Below are positions 26,901 through 41,900 of a stretch of DNA of 64,000 nucleotides, piece by piece; within the stretch, counting starts at the first letter, position 1; every line of letters starts with the position of its first letter. The notes beneath the pieces are model-generated. The model made no database searches. It saw nothing but the letters and a program-made list of their open reading frames with translations, and was not told where the DNA came from. Origin of the DNA: Tubiluchus corallicola (lineage: Eukaryota > Animalia > Priapulida). The position numbers and the translations under genes are program-made. The stretch is from the NCBI GenBank assembly GCA_030141605.1, contig JAQGDQ010000045.1, forward strand, positions 310,001-374,000, in the 5' to 3' direction.

Positions 26901-29900
26901 TCTAGCTTGGTGCGAGGTTAATCTTTGATTTAGAATTTTTCACGAATTTTGCTTTAAACAGCAGAAAACTCTTAACTTGCTAGTGGAAATTATGACTTAA
27001 ACTCTATGGTTGGCAATGCATTCTATAACATTAAGGACTAAAAGTAATTCAAATCCGTTCACTAGACACGCCAAATTATACCAAAGAAAGCAATAACTGC
27101 AACACACTAAGAGTCTTCAAAAACGATATTCCTTTTTGGAAGTGCAAAACTGGTAATGTCAAACAAATTGGAGCAACCAAGTTACTAATATGTGAGCTGA
27201 CCCACTGTTGAAAAGCATTAATGTCACAACTGATAAACTCCATTCAGATTGACAAACTCGTATTTTCCTGGTTTTAAATACATTTCTCCACAAGGAGAAT
27301 GATCGCGAGTGTAGCCAAAGTCGATAATAATTTTTGCAAAGTTGCGTGCAGTTAATAATTTAGGTCCCTCGTGGATTACATGTATGTTTGATGACTCAAT
27401 GAAGCTTAACCTAGTGGACAGGCATTTTATTCAGTGTTTTGATTTGTTCACTGCATACTGACTGTATCGATCATTTAGAGAGTAAGCTTGTTGAAAGGCT
27501 CTAAACTCAGTCATTCATCAATATTGCTGAGTGCTTCTTATCTTCACTTGTTCTGTCACTTGTTACCACGTATTAGCACACGTCTGCCACAGCTGCACCT
27601 TCTTTGCAGAACCACTTCAGTGCAACTGCACCTTTGCAGAATCACTTCAGTGCAAGCTAATGCATTCCCTTCTCATCCGATGCCCAACTGGTAGTATCAG
27701 TGGAGATACTACTTGCTGCAAATGTTGTTAGATTACTTTTCTGAGAGAAACTAAAGGCATTATTGAGACAGTTCCGGCCATTAAAACATATTTATTGAAA
27801 AAAAATTACTAATGGTAAATCATGGTGCTTCCACTAAATGGCCTTGCGTTGAATACGCTAGTTCTCGAGAGCTAGATTAATATGAATGTGCCTTCTTTTT
27901 TAGCTGCTATTTTGTTGGACATTTTTTGCTTCTAGAAACATTTTTGAAACCGCAAGCCACTGTCGAGTCAGTGCTCTCTGAAGAATACATACAACAGTCT
28001 TGCCTCATAATTTGACACAACAAAAAAGTTTAAATTACTCTATTCTCTGGTGCCTTTGTCGCTAAAATTTGATACAAAATATGGGAACTTTTTTTCACAT
28101 TAGATATGGCTTCACTTGTTTTGCATACTTATTGGGAATATTCTTGTACATGAAGCAGCCATTTTGTCACGACTCACAAAGCTGGCGTTTACTTGACTAT
28201 GTTACAAAACTATATAACGAAAAAGTGACATCTTGTATTGTTAATTGAATTTCAGCTTTCTTGTCTTGTAATATGTGACATATCTTTGCATGAAAAAGAA
28301 TGTTCATTATCTTTCTTTGATAATTCTGGGATTTTGTCAAGAAGTGATTTAAACGTGTTTTTCAAGCTGAAACCACAAATAAAATTTCATTAGCTACTTG
28401 GAGTGCTTGCTGAAAGACATGCAACGTGTCTAAGATTATAATGCCTAATGTTAAAGAAAGACCATTGAAGTGAAGTTTGGTGAAATATTTAGAAGAACAG
28501 AAACACAATGCGGCAGAAGTATTTACAAAACAAACTTCTGGGCATAGTTAGCTAAGTGTTTCGTAAAGTACATGAGCACTTTTATTTAACAGCACAGAAA
28601 TTTAATATTAGTTAAGGTGTTCTGTTTTAAAGTCTCTTTTCCGTGAAAACTATCTTCACTTTGTAAGTTTAGTGTCTTGAAGGCATGTGTGTAAAATTTT
28701 TGCTACTTGTTTAAATTTTAGAAAAAAGGTGCATGTTGTAAACAAATTTTTAATAGCAGAGTTAGCTTAGGGCAAAACCTGCTTCGGTTCACACTAGCAC
28801 ATTTGCACAAAATCTTCCCACTTTGATCTGCATTTGGTCACATGAAATGACACTTGCAAGAAAATATTATCGTCATTACTGTATGTCTTATTAGTATTTT
28901 TGTGGACATCCTCTCTGTTCGTTTGAAACCTTAATAACGCTGATTTCGTTTTCCACTGAAAAATTAGCGTCACATAAAAATTCTTGAATTGCAGGACAAT
29001 TATTACCATTTATACCTATTACATCAATATATTTGTACTTGCTGTAAATTTTGTATGACTTTTAATTTACTTAGTTTAACTGAAGTAGTTCAATCAAAGT
29101 ACTTACTAAGTAATTTATTACCATTTTTGAAAGTTATTAAAATGAAAATAATGTTAACCAGGATAACACAAAAACAGATTAACAATTATTAAATTCTCCA
29201 GCTTTGTGTACTTAAGCTACCTTTAGCTATCTCTGATTACCGTATTAAAATTGTAGAAGTCAGTGAGCAAATGTCTTGATATTAGTCAGCTTTTTTGATA
29301 CATTGATTTCTAAAAATGCATGGCGAATATAGACAGCTCGCCTTTTTCCTTGTAAGATTAACATTGTGAAAATCATTTATGCTCTATGAATCATCTACAG
29401 GGATTATTTTTTACCTACTAGACATTATTTAAAATCCATTTTTATTGAAAATTTTTCCAGCAAATTGTGTATTCTAAAAATTCGGCTTCAAATTTTTCAC
29501 CGCTTTTAACCCAAGTCCTAGATTAAGTGTTGGAACATTTAACTTTATGATTCTTTCTGTGACTGTTTACATAATTTTCTGTGCGTGGTGTAACATTCGG
29601 GTCACGAAATTCTTTGCTAGCTCAACTGGGCCTCGAACTTGGGTCAGGCAGCTTAGGTCAAGATGGATTGCTGAACGGGTCGGTGACTCCAAATGTTAAA
29701 GAGCAGCAATATTTGTTTAAATCCTAAGGCAGTTACAAGCGCAGGAAGGGTCGGTCCTTCCTAAACTACAGAGAATGGTCCAATGGTGATACAGTGTGAA
29801 CGAAAACGGTGAACACAGCAAAGTATAAATAAACAAACTGTTTGCCATAGTTTCAACATTTTAATTGGCATAATTAATTAATTAATCAAAAAACAATAAA

Positions 29901-32900
29901 CAAAAACTCACAACTTGCACAAGAACAGCAGTGTACCCTTCATTTAATATAAGTCCGTTGGCGTTTCACGTAGCCCGGACGTCTCCCGTAAAGTTCCGGA
30001 GTTCACGCACTTAGGTAGCTGGAATCACTTTGCTAACAGCCTCGTCGGCAACGGCGATTGCACCAATGTTCCACTCGCCTGACTGGCTTAACGAGACTAG
30101 CGTATGGTGACAGACCACCAGGATTCTTCTGACGACCGTGTAACGTCTTGGCAACATTTGTAACATTGTTAGAAACTTTATAGAACATTTAACATTTAAA
30201 TCTTTCTTGCTTATTAATCTGTTTATTCACAAAGACTGCTGCCATGATAAGTCTAGAGAATGGTACCTCTCCTTCTAATGAGTCAGGTACCAGGCTTTCA
30301 GACTGTATAGAAGTCTGCTTTTTGTGCCGTTTTGGTTGGAAACTCGACCATCATGGAAGCATACCCATCACAGGAAAATGTCATTTGCCAAATACCAGAC
30401 GTATGGCTCACATTCTGTCTACTCAAGATAATGACTGGTAGTGTGAACAATTCAATTCACTTAGCTAAGTACAAGTCATCAAGTTGATTATAAAAGTATA
30501 CGATGCAATGTCTTGTCGGCCAACGCCCCCACAAAGACAAAAATCAATTGGCCTTTTAGCTGAGTCGGCCCTTTAACAACTATATCCGTAACCTCGTGGA
30601 ATAATCTGCACCTCTCAAGTCATACCTGTCGTGACCCAGTTAATCATCCAATCACAGCGGTATTATAGGTATGAGATCATGAAGTCAAAATTTGGTCCAA
30701 AAGTTGAACTGTAACATTTCTTTGTCGAACTCCCAATAGGTGGAGCCAGCAGTTTATAACGTTTACCAAATTCGGTTAATTAGTTATTAATAACAGGTTC
30801 AATACAATAAATTCAGATATAGCTAATAGTTCTTTCAAATGCCACGTAAATGTGTTATTATGTTAAATGGCTACTCATTTTAATCTGCTAAATACGACCG
30901 TGACACAAGGTATATTTGCAACAGCCCTTGCATATCGCAAAAAATAGTCTAATTGTTACCACTTGAGTCTATAATAAGTGTTCCAAAATTTGTAAGAGAA
31001 ATTACGAAAACAAGCAAAAAAGATTCTTCGTACATGCATGCATATTTCAGAACCAAATTTCTTATTTTATTCTCTTTGGGCTTCAACTTTTGTTAAAAAA
31101 AAAGAATATTATATTCAATGCTGTGTATCTGATAGCTTTTGTCTTCTATTGAAAAATCCTATACTGTTGACAGATATAAATCTGCTTTTAATTGCTCGCT
31201 CATCAATAATCCTTTGTGCAAATTGGAAGAAAATCCCACTTTTGGCACGGCACATTTTGTAAACGGGCTGCATGTGTAAACTGGAATTGATGCTTACAAT
31301 TATAGCTGTGGTATTTGGGCACATTTCTATACATAATGACAAGAAACTATTAAACTATGTTGAAAAACTCATTGCAGCAGATGACTATATTAACAAAACG
31401 TCTTATAACGAATTAAACAAATGATATAATTTAATATCATAGCATCACAGAGTGACAAGTAAGGTAATTCTGTGTAAATATCAGCATGATATGACGCTAA
31501 GTTTTGTATGCAGACTTCACATTAGGAGTAAGCATTCTCTATCAGAAATTGAATTTGAATCGAATTGAATTTGCGACTTTCGAACTCGAGTTGGACCAAA
31601 TTTCGAGATTTCGAATCCAAATCGAATTCGAAATCTGTTTTAAAGATTTTCGAATAAATTTTCGAATTATTAATAAAAAGCAGTTTCACAAAAATCATGT
31701 TTATTACTTGATTTTATTCTGCATTCAAATTGCAGGCAAATTATGCTGATTGCATAACATTTCAAACGTTTTAATGCTAAACAATGCATGTAGTTGAAAT
31801 ACTGAATTATTCAAATCTATAATTTTAGGTTCGAATCAAATTCGAACTAAAAAAAACTCATTTAAATTGAATTTGAATGTTCGATGCTCAGACTACTTCA
31901 CATCAGCCAAAACTTGTTTTATGGAGTTTCAAAATTATGTTAAGCGGTCTGTTTTATTAAGTTAATGCATAAAAATAAGCAATTTTGTCTGCAAATTGCA
32001 GGCTTCACAATGCAAATAAAACAAGGCAAAAAATTTAGTGTGAGAGAAAAGACTAAAAATAGAATTTGTCCATTAAAATTATCTTCTTAATGCGTAATTA
32101 GTTTGTTCATGAATTGTTTACTTGCAGACATTGTTATCAGCAGCAGATGAGTCGCAAAAGAGGGTTTCACCACCCCTGGCTCAACAAGAAGACCTTTTGG
32201 AAGATGTGAGTAGGGTGGGTTATTATACTCTTAATATTAATAGCTATACATATTAATAGCCATGCAGTTGTAATTTGTATTGTAGAAAAAGTTTATTGGC
32301 TGCAGCATTTTGATCTCACAACATGATTTCAACTATGAATATCAAAGTTTATAAATAGATTAATGCCACTAACTAAGAAATTAGTTGTTCACCAGAATAA
32401 TTGTACATTCAAAAGAAATGTAGACTTGTCAAAGCAACACACATAAAGACCACATCTGGAATGCTAATGAGCCCTTTACCTTAACAAAGTTTTGTCTTAT
32501 TATGAAAGGTAATAATACGGGATAGAAAAATGAAAATAGTTATACATGTAAATAACCACACAGATACTTAGATTTTAGAATATCCACTTATTATGTTTTC
32601 AAGAAAATGAAAAAGGAAGAAAAGCTAAATAATCTTGTAGAAAGAACTATTTACATTGTACATTGTAATTATATTGTGGAAATATGGGAACGATGGCTTT
32701 CTTTATTTAAAAAGATAAAAAAATTTGTTGTTAACATGGACACTGAAATGCCATTAACTTCGCTCGAAACTGTTGCATGGAGTTTGTTTCTGTTATACTG
32801 TGAGAAGTTCAAGCCACTTAGTATGGATCGTGTTATGTGTCTCTTATAGAATGAGTGTTCTTAATGTTTTTCACATTGTTGCAGACTTCTGATTATTATG

Positions 32901-35900
32901 ATAACTAAATTGTGCCATTTATAGTATCTACAGCATAATGACGTCATGTGTTGCTTTTGTTGCTGCAAACGTGGTTGCATTATCCAATAATTGTCTGGCT
33001 ATTAAAAGTATTTGGTCAAACTAAGGCACAGCTTTTCTGTTCATCAAACTTTTCCAAAATCTCAACAGCTAAAAAATGCCACTCTTTTTCCAGTGATGAC
33101 GTATTAATGAAATTATTATTCTAAGGGATACCTTTGTATAAGCTGATTACATCACTTGCGCTTAGCTGAGTTGATTAATGACATCCTATATGAGAACTGA
33201 ATTAACCGGATTTAATGCAATTTCACCTATTATCTGCTGGCTGTATGTATTGGTAGATAGCACTTGGCTTGTTTCTGTTGCGCTTAATCTATCCTGACCT
33301 ACTTGCTTCTCATCCATCAAAGGAAACTTCATTACTGCAAGAAATGTTTGACAAAGCTCGACATCGCACTTGAGTAACGCGAATTACTTTCTTTCCAATC
33401 TTTTACTTTAGGCATATTGTGGTACAACATAGCTTTGCATAAGAAAAAGCGTTTTGGTTTTTTTTACTTCCTACGTAGCAGACTGCCTAGTTTTATATAA
33501 CTTCACTTACAGAAGAATTTAGCTTCTTTTATTTTATTCATCTCAATGTCTGAGTACACAAATTTTGTACTGCATTAATTTCTGTTGTGACCATTTTCAT
33601 TTTGCTGCTGGTCACTATTTGAAGGCTTTTTTGAGTTTTGTTAACTGTAATAACTTCTCTATTAGCCCGATAATCTTAGTTTCACATTGATTACAAATAG
33701 TGACTGCAGAACAACAAAATTAAGATTTTCACAAAAAGAATCAAGCGGTCAAAAATGTTTTCGTATGCCAAAAACAGACCAAAGAAATACTCGGCAGTAC
33801 AATATTTAACATTGCTGTCTTGAAATTAATTTACAATTGTCTGAAGTGAAGTGCAAGGATATAGAATTTATGACCTCGGAAGATCATAGAGGTTTAATTA
33901 AATGCAGTTTGTCTGATTAGGGTGATAGAGGTGATGGAGTTGACTGAATTTTGTACAGCTTGATGTTTGGCTGAAAAGGGCCAAAATATGAAATACTAGG
34001 TCCTAACTTTAGTACCTTTTGGATATTGCAGCCAGGCCACTGTTTTGTACAAAGTAAATTCCTAATAGTGGTGCTTACGTACTGCTATAGTGAGTTAACT
34101 TGAAAATGCTCAAGCCAATGTACTTGAACAGACAAGGTAGATACTCCAAACAGCAGACACGATATTGTACCAGGATGTGATCTTTGTCAGAGTTCAATGA
34201 AATGACAAATTGGCAAATTGAAACATAACTGATTAGAGTAGGAAAAAAGCCAAATGATACGTAATTTAACACCAAAAATGTTAGTGCATTTTGCTTGTGC
34301 ATCATATGCGGTGTTCCTGCAGTATGGTTGGAAGACCATACATCATTACCTGACTGCCAGGCCCTGCACTGTTTTTTCTTTTCTCTCGTGACTGTACTCC
34401 ATGACTGCAAATAGAGGGAATTTATGTATATTATGTATGTATTTATGTTAATATATATAATAAAATAGAGTTATAATAATAATAATAATAATCCATGACT
34501 GCCATTTACCTTCACATAAACTGTATTTTGCAGGAACAGGTTAGCAGCACAGTCGCCCTCTCAGATGCAGTTGGTGCAGAGCTGACAGGGGATGAGGAAG
34601 AGCCAGTTGATGTGGAACTACCTCCTCCTATGGAGATACAGTCTCACTTTGGTGGCTCACAAGACAGCGATGGAGGGAAAATTGTAAGTAACAAGAATTC
34701 TTAATTACAAGATTCTATTGGAATAAAAAACAGAAATCCTTGTAAAACTTGGTTTTGTATTAACAACTATTAGTAAGTTTCTTGCAATAGTTCTTATATA
34801 TGAAGCCAATGCTGGTAAGCCAGAAGCAGGTTAAAATGATATATCCTTGAGTTTCAGCAGACACTGTGCAATTTGTGCTTGCAGGGAAAGGATGTAACTT
34901 TGACATTACAATGCTATTTTAAAAAAGTATTCACTTTTGTTTTCATTATATATTTTAACATCACTATTTATCCAAATAAAGTTAGTCTTTAGTGTTATCG
35001 TTAAAGTTAATCCTTAATGTTATCATAAATGCATTAAAAGCTGAATTACACTTTTGGTTACATGGTGTCTGCAAATATAAGCATTAATATTTTACCAAGG
35101 AAAAAAGTTGATGCTTTTTTTATTATTTTAATTTTCAAAATTTTAATTCTGAAAATACACATAAGTAACAAGATGAAATAACACGGTAGTAAAGTAAACA
35201 AAATAAACAACCTGTAAAAGTGAAAACCTTCTAAATGAATTTCACTGCTTGTTATTTTGCAATTCAAAATTCAAAAACAAGCTGACAATGAATATTATGT
35301 GCTAATGTTTCTTTAAGTTTGTAGACTTTTTTCTAACTTGACATAAAAAACAAAAAATCTATTAATGTTATATTAACATTTGTTTTGGTAGTTTAGGAAA
35401 CCTGAGCAGAGTGCATTTGAAAATTAAATTTTCATAAAAATAAAAAAAATGACATGAAAGTAGTTGTTTTTAAATTAAAAAATAATTTATACAAGTTATC
35501 TGGAGTCTGTTTTCCAAGTGAAATTCTTATTTTTGAATGGGAATTTGTTTGTCCATTGCTGTGTCTGAAACCCACCCACTGTAAGGGATACATCTGGAGC
35601 TCGTTTATAGCATTTAAATATAAAACTGTGTGATAAATGTGTGTGTGTAATGGAATGAGCAAACTGCGGAAATGAGACAGTTTGTGGTGGATTTTGCTGG
35701 CAATGCTCCTAGAAGTTATATTTAGACATGGCTTCAGGTTGAAAAGTGCCTTTCAAATTCTTTTGGGTGGAGCTTTCAGCATCTGCTCCTAAGCTGTGCA
35801 TGCTTTCGTTGTTGCTAAGTTGTCAGTGATGTCTGCTGTGCGCAACACATCTCAGTAGTGTGTCTGCTGAAATTGCCATTTTTACTTAAGCTGCAAATCT

Positions 35901-38900
35901 TATTTTGTTTTTCAGCCATCAAACCAGTCGTCGTGTCGGAGTAACCCAGAAGTGACTATACGAATTACTCCTTCTGATTTAGCAACTGAGATTGAGCAAA
36001 TAGTGAAACAGCAAATGGTAAGTTTGAATTTTTCGTTGCCTTCGTAGTGTTTCGCTACCTGCAATTCATACTCAAAATACTCGAATCATTTTTAAAGTTC
36101 CTAAGTAGTTTAATCAGTCAATGAAAACAAGTCATTAGACTTCTTTAGCTTGGAAATTTTTGCATACCATATTGTACTAAATGAAAAGTAGAATAGAATA
36201 GAACTTGGTCAATGGCAGGGGGTTATCATTTGTACTGAAGAACATTCATGATGTGCATTGTGTCTTAAATAGAGATAGACGTTTGACGTGGTGTCGACAT
36301 AAAACTGCTGAAGAAATGTCTGATCTAAGCAAAATGCTATGTCTCTGAAAGACTAGCAACAATGTGTGCATTTATTTATTACAAGAATTTTTATTTTCTA
36401 TTTCAGTATTCTTCTGTACTCAGTTCTGCTCTTATGATGTGTATTAGAAAAAGTAATTGACACCTCAGAATTTGAATTCAGTTCATACCGACAACTAATA
36501 GATTGAATAATTAAAACAGTTGAAACACGCAATCAGCACAGTTAAATTGTGATGATACCGAAATGTTTAACATATTTTTGGGATTCTTAATGTGCAACAA
36601 AATCACTCAATACCCATGATTGTCAAATTTGCAAAAACCAAAAATTATATTCGATTTGAATTCCATTTGTGGCAGACTATACTGACGTCGAATAAATGGC
36701 TGAATGGCAGCTTTCAATTTGGTAACTGTTATTTGGTTTGCGTTCATATTATATCACTTTAACCTCACAAAATATCCATTTTTCTACACATTGCTCTTTC
36801 ATTTTTATTAATGTGGAAATCAATTTAATGAATTTATAGGAGCAAGACGAAAGTCAAGATGAATCTGAAACATGCGAAGCTGAAACGTCACCTGAGCAGG
36901 TGCAACACCAGCAGCAAGAAGCATTGAAAAAGCGTACCTATGTGCTACGCGAGCTTGTTGATACAGAAAAGGATTACGTACGAGACTTGGGTGTGATCGT
37001 AAACGTAAGCATTCCTGACAACTTACAGAAGATAAATAGAAGCCCACACACTGTGAGCTAGAAACCGCCATTCAAAGCAATGTTTGTGGTGTGACCAGAG
37101 CCTGGCTTATTATCAAGGACAGCCTTTTAAAATAAGCCATTGATCAAGTAGAGCTATCTTAGCTACATTTGGTCGTATGTACAGCCTCTGTCTGTGTGAT
37201 AGCCAAAATTAGTTTGGTGAATTAAATCGTACATTGTCAGGTTTATGGAAGGTGGTCACCCGGTCCATTTACTGATTACTGATCTTTAACCTCAAAGTTC
37301 ACATGTGATGATCCAAGACCATTCGTTTACCCTATTGTGGACTAGTGATGATCCGAAACCATTTGTTTACCCTTCTGTGTGACTAGTGTATAAATGTAAT
37401 AATAAGTAAATAAATAAATAATAAATAAGAATGACTCACATTGGTAATTAAATCATAAAATGTAGAATGTAACCATGAAAAGGTCTAAAAACTGGAGAAT
37501 TCAGAAACATATTGCGACGTTACATCATCTACACAGTTTCTGGCAGGGATATTTAATTATTTGATTTATCAATAGGTAAGGTGGTAACTTTTCATGTTAG
37601 TACTAAAATTCATTAATGCAATCGTGAATTCTATTAGTTGGCAGCAGTCTCATTTAGCAGCTGGGAGATGCGTAACCACTTTCCTTGAATTCTATTCAGC
37701 AGCATGTGGTCTAGACACTATAGACAGCAGTTAACTTTCAGCTTAATTACGGGTGCTTAGTGAAATGAACAAAATGATTAACTGCAAATAATCAGTGAAT
37801 GATTAATTTGTTATTAAAATTCTGGCAGCATATTTGGATAATTTCTCATCTAGTGGTCGATAATTTTGTTTCACTTTTGCTAGAGGGTTTTTTTATAATG
37901 ACTAGTGGTCAATAATTTTGTTTCACTTTTGCTAGAGGGTGATCTATATTCATTTATAACTCCGATACCTTTAGGCTTTCTTCAATTAGGATAATATTAA
38001 CATTAGGTCTGAGAAATTTTGTAAATGAGTGATCAGTTGTATAGTAATTACAATAGCCAGTTTACAAGTGATCATACAGCCCTGGATCTATTCCCAGGCT
38101 AGCATCTAACATTTTTCACCCAAATTGTTTGTCAAGTACTTTAAATAATTCAAAATTAAACATGAATAGTATGATTACTGCAGGGGTTCATGGAACTGAT
38201 GAAAGAGGGACCACTTCCTGAAAACATGGAGGAGGGAAAGGATCGAATTGTTTTCGGCAACATTCATCAAATATATGACTGGCACAGAGAGACTTTTAGT
38301 CCAGAGTTGGATAAATGCATTGCTGAACCGGATAGGCTTTGCCCTTTATTTATTAAATATGTAAGCATGTGGTATTAATTTACATTTGTTTAGGATATTA
38401 AGTTATGTTTTGTTATTTATAACTGCAAAATGTGTGTGCTTAAGTACCAGACACTTCGTAATTTGCATTGTAACTTTTGTAACCAAAAATATGCAGTGCA
38501 ATGAAAGCCTGATAAATCCATTTATAGTCTCATTCAGCATTGTGGGTTAACTCGATTCTGCCATGCAGTCTTGGATCACCTTCACAAAATTGTGCATGGA
38601 TTGCATTAACTTCACTTTTCATCACTGTGCAAAATGTTTTGTGATAAATTGTCAATCTTGACTCTTATTACTGTCACTGGCACATGTTGTAGCATGCTTA
38701 ATCGACACATTCTTTGCGAATGCTTCTACATGTTACGTGGTAATCATTACCACTTGTCTGCAATGCTGCAGCTTCAGAAGTCATTGCTGACTGGTGGTTA
38801 CTATCCAGTCAGTTCTTGAATTCTGAAACCGTCCTTCATTTGTGTTTTTGTTTCTATCCTTTTCATGTTATCCTTGGTTTTATTATTGTTTACATTTATT

Positions 38901-41900
38901 TTCTGTGATTTATTTTTTGTTGATTGGTTTTTGTCTGCTTCCTGAATAATTCGTTACAGAGTATCTTTTATATAGAGTTTTTTCTTTTACTTATCTGTTT
39001 TTTTGTGTTTAATTTGTTGTTAGAAAAATTGCAAAATTTATCTTGTATTAATTTACAGTCAGGAACATGGCTTAGCAAACTGTCTATTTATAAAGCAATT
39101 AGAAGCAATCATATGGCATATCTGGTAGTATTGAAAAAATCGAAAATTGAAGTTGCTTCATTTATGATCACTGATAATTAATTCCAGCTTACTAAATTTG
39201 ATGACTTTAACCATTGTCTCTCAAAATGTGCAATTTTTTATAGAATATAATCATTGGAGTTGCGACTGTACCTCCTCTATTTCTACATGCAACATCTCAC
39301 TCGATAGTAAGAATTTGTATGACGAAACACTTATTAATTGGGAAATGTAGACAAAAATCAAAGTTATATTCTTTATTCTACATGTTCTATACTTATTCTA
39401 AATATTCCCGCCATTCAGGTTTTTTTGTTTCATATGTCTAGTGTCCAGTATCAGGTAACTTGGTATTGAGCTTATTTCGGTTGTTCTAAAAGTGCATGTA
39501 AAGCCTATCAACTCTGGGTTTCCTGTAGGTTTTTATTAACTTTCCATTTACAGACTGTGAATATTGAGTGTTAAAAGCAAGAAATTATTGTGCATAAATT
39601 AAGTGATATTCTTATGTTTTTTTATATTTATGAACAAATTTTTTATATATAGGAACGCAGGCTTCACATGTATGTGGTATACTGCCAAAACAAGCCAAAG
39701 AGTGAGTACATAGTGCAGGAATTCGACACATATTTTGAGGTTTGTAGCTTCATCGTCATGTTTTCGTAGATGGTATCTTTGAGATTCCTAATGCTAAGTC
39801 AGCAATGCCTGTGGCATTCTTCTTCCGTAATTGATAAGTTTATTTTTGTCAGAAAGTAATTTCGGAGTTTTTTGCACTTGAAAAGCTGTTAAATTGGAAC
39901 TCTCGTTTACAAGCAGCTGTGTTGTGTTTGCGGTGTGCTGTCAGTGAATGGATGCTGAGTGGAGGAATTACTAGACTTCATACGTTTCTTTACCACTTCC
40001 TACTTTCGTTAGCAACCCTTCACTGAGTGGTGCACATACCAATAATTTTTATTTTGAAAATTACTATGGTTACAGTATTAAATGATGTGGGAGCAGCAAT
40101 AATTTATATATTGAATAAAATGCAGGGTATTTTTTGATATTGTATTTCTTGAAGAGTATGTGATTTATTAGATATCCGAGAGGCAATGACGAAGAGAATG
40201 CCTGCATTATTTAGGCTTGAAATCAGTTTAATAGACAGAAAAGAATCATTTTTGAAAGTAAAACATTGTCAATTTATAACCTTTCCCCGTAAGCAGTAGC
40301 ACACAGTGGGCCTTTTTGTAGACCTTTATAACCTTGTTAAGAATTGCTGCCTTTATCTGTAGTACTTTGATATTGATAGCATATACCCTGGCACATATCT
40401 TCTGCATTGAAAATGACCATATTAAACTGACAATCTTGACACATTCATTGAAATTCGGGGCGAAGAACTACTGTTTTCAAATATTTGCATGTTAAGTCAG
40501 CAAAGCTGTATTCTATTCCATGTGGTGAGAGGTTATCATGAAACCTTGCATCAGTGTGATGCTGAATCTTACATTTAGGTAGTTCTTTATCAGAAACCAA
40601 CTTGTCTTAAATACTTTGACAAAGTTCAATACAACTCTCCATTTATCAGTTTGTTAGAGTGAATTCCATCTCGATTAATATTTTTTCATAAGATGCGTTA
40701 AAAGATGGAACGTAGCCCAGAAGAACAGAAAGTCCCGAAAGAAACTGGAAAAGATAACAACACCATGTCGTTACACTAGTGTGCACTATCTTCAGGTCGA
40801 AATAAAAATGAAAAAGCACAAAAATCATTAAATATTAACTTTTTATTTTCTTTTTATTTGTTCCCCGATTACCTGACTGTTAGATATTTTTCATATGATT
40901 AGCGCTTTATAATGCTATTTCAATTTTGCAGGAATTAAGAGTTAAACTGTCATCCAAGTTATCTGTATCTGATCTTTTAATTAAACCAGTGCAACGTATC
41001 ATGAAATATCAACTTCTATTAAAAGTAAGTTTGCGAACACTGTTTTTTACAATACATTTCCTATTTTCGTATTTTTCTACATGTTTGACTATGTTTATTC
41101 TAGTTCTTTGGTCCGATTTGTATTACCAAGTGACCTGATTTGTAAATGACCACACTTCGTTTTAGGATTTTCTGAAGTATACAGACAAAGGTGGCCTTGA
41201 TACAGTTAATGCAAAGAAAGCACTTGATGTAATGGTTATTGTGCCAAAAGCAGCTGACGACATGATGAATGTTGGTCGACTTCAGGGTTTTACTGTGAGT
41301 TCAAAGTTCTTTTGTTTCACTTAGAGCTAGACTTACCTTAGTAAATTTGTGTCTTGATTTTCTTTTTTCACAAGAAACCTATATTATAAAATTGTGTTTG
41401 CTGTTTTAGCATAGTGCCGCTGATGTGAGTCATTCTCATGTTTGATGTCTTAGTCAATAACTTCTTATGATCATAGTATGGGTAGCCTATATAGAATGGG
41501 GATAAGAGGAATATATTCCTATTTAGCATTATTTGAGTCATTGTCAAATAAAGTGAGTGAAACATGTTTGAGGTTCATTAGAAGGTGTGTGCGTTAACAT
41601 TTACTTGCTGTTGTTATCACCATGCTCTCCTGAAAAACTTGGGAAAAAGACCTGTGCTTTTCAGGGTAAAATAACTGCACAAGGTAAACTATTACTGCAA
41701 GATACAGTTCTAGTTGCTGATTCTAAAGAAAAGCTAAAAGAACGGAGGGTTTTCCTCTTTGAGCAAATTGTGATCATCGCAGAGGTAGTGGAGCGGAAAA
41801 AAGATTGGAGCAATCCTATATATATATTCAAGGCATCAGTACAGGTAGGTCTCACAACTCTTTTTTTATATCATTATAGTAACAATTATAAATGCTATTT

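Noticed and set aside
36820-37071. Antisense ORFs overlapping exons (also 41661..41855 and 46881..47090)
   Set aside because: Shadow ORFs of + strand coding exons.
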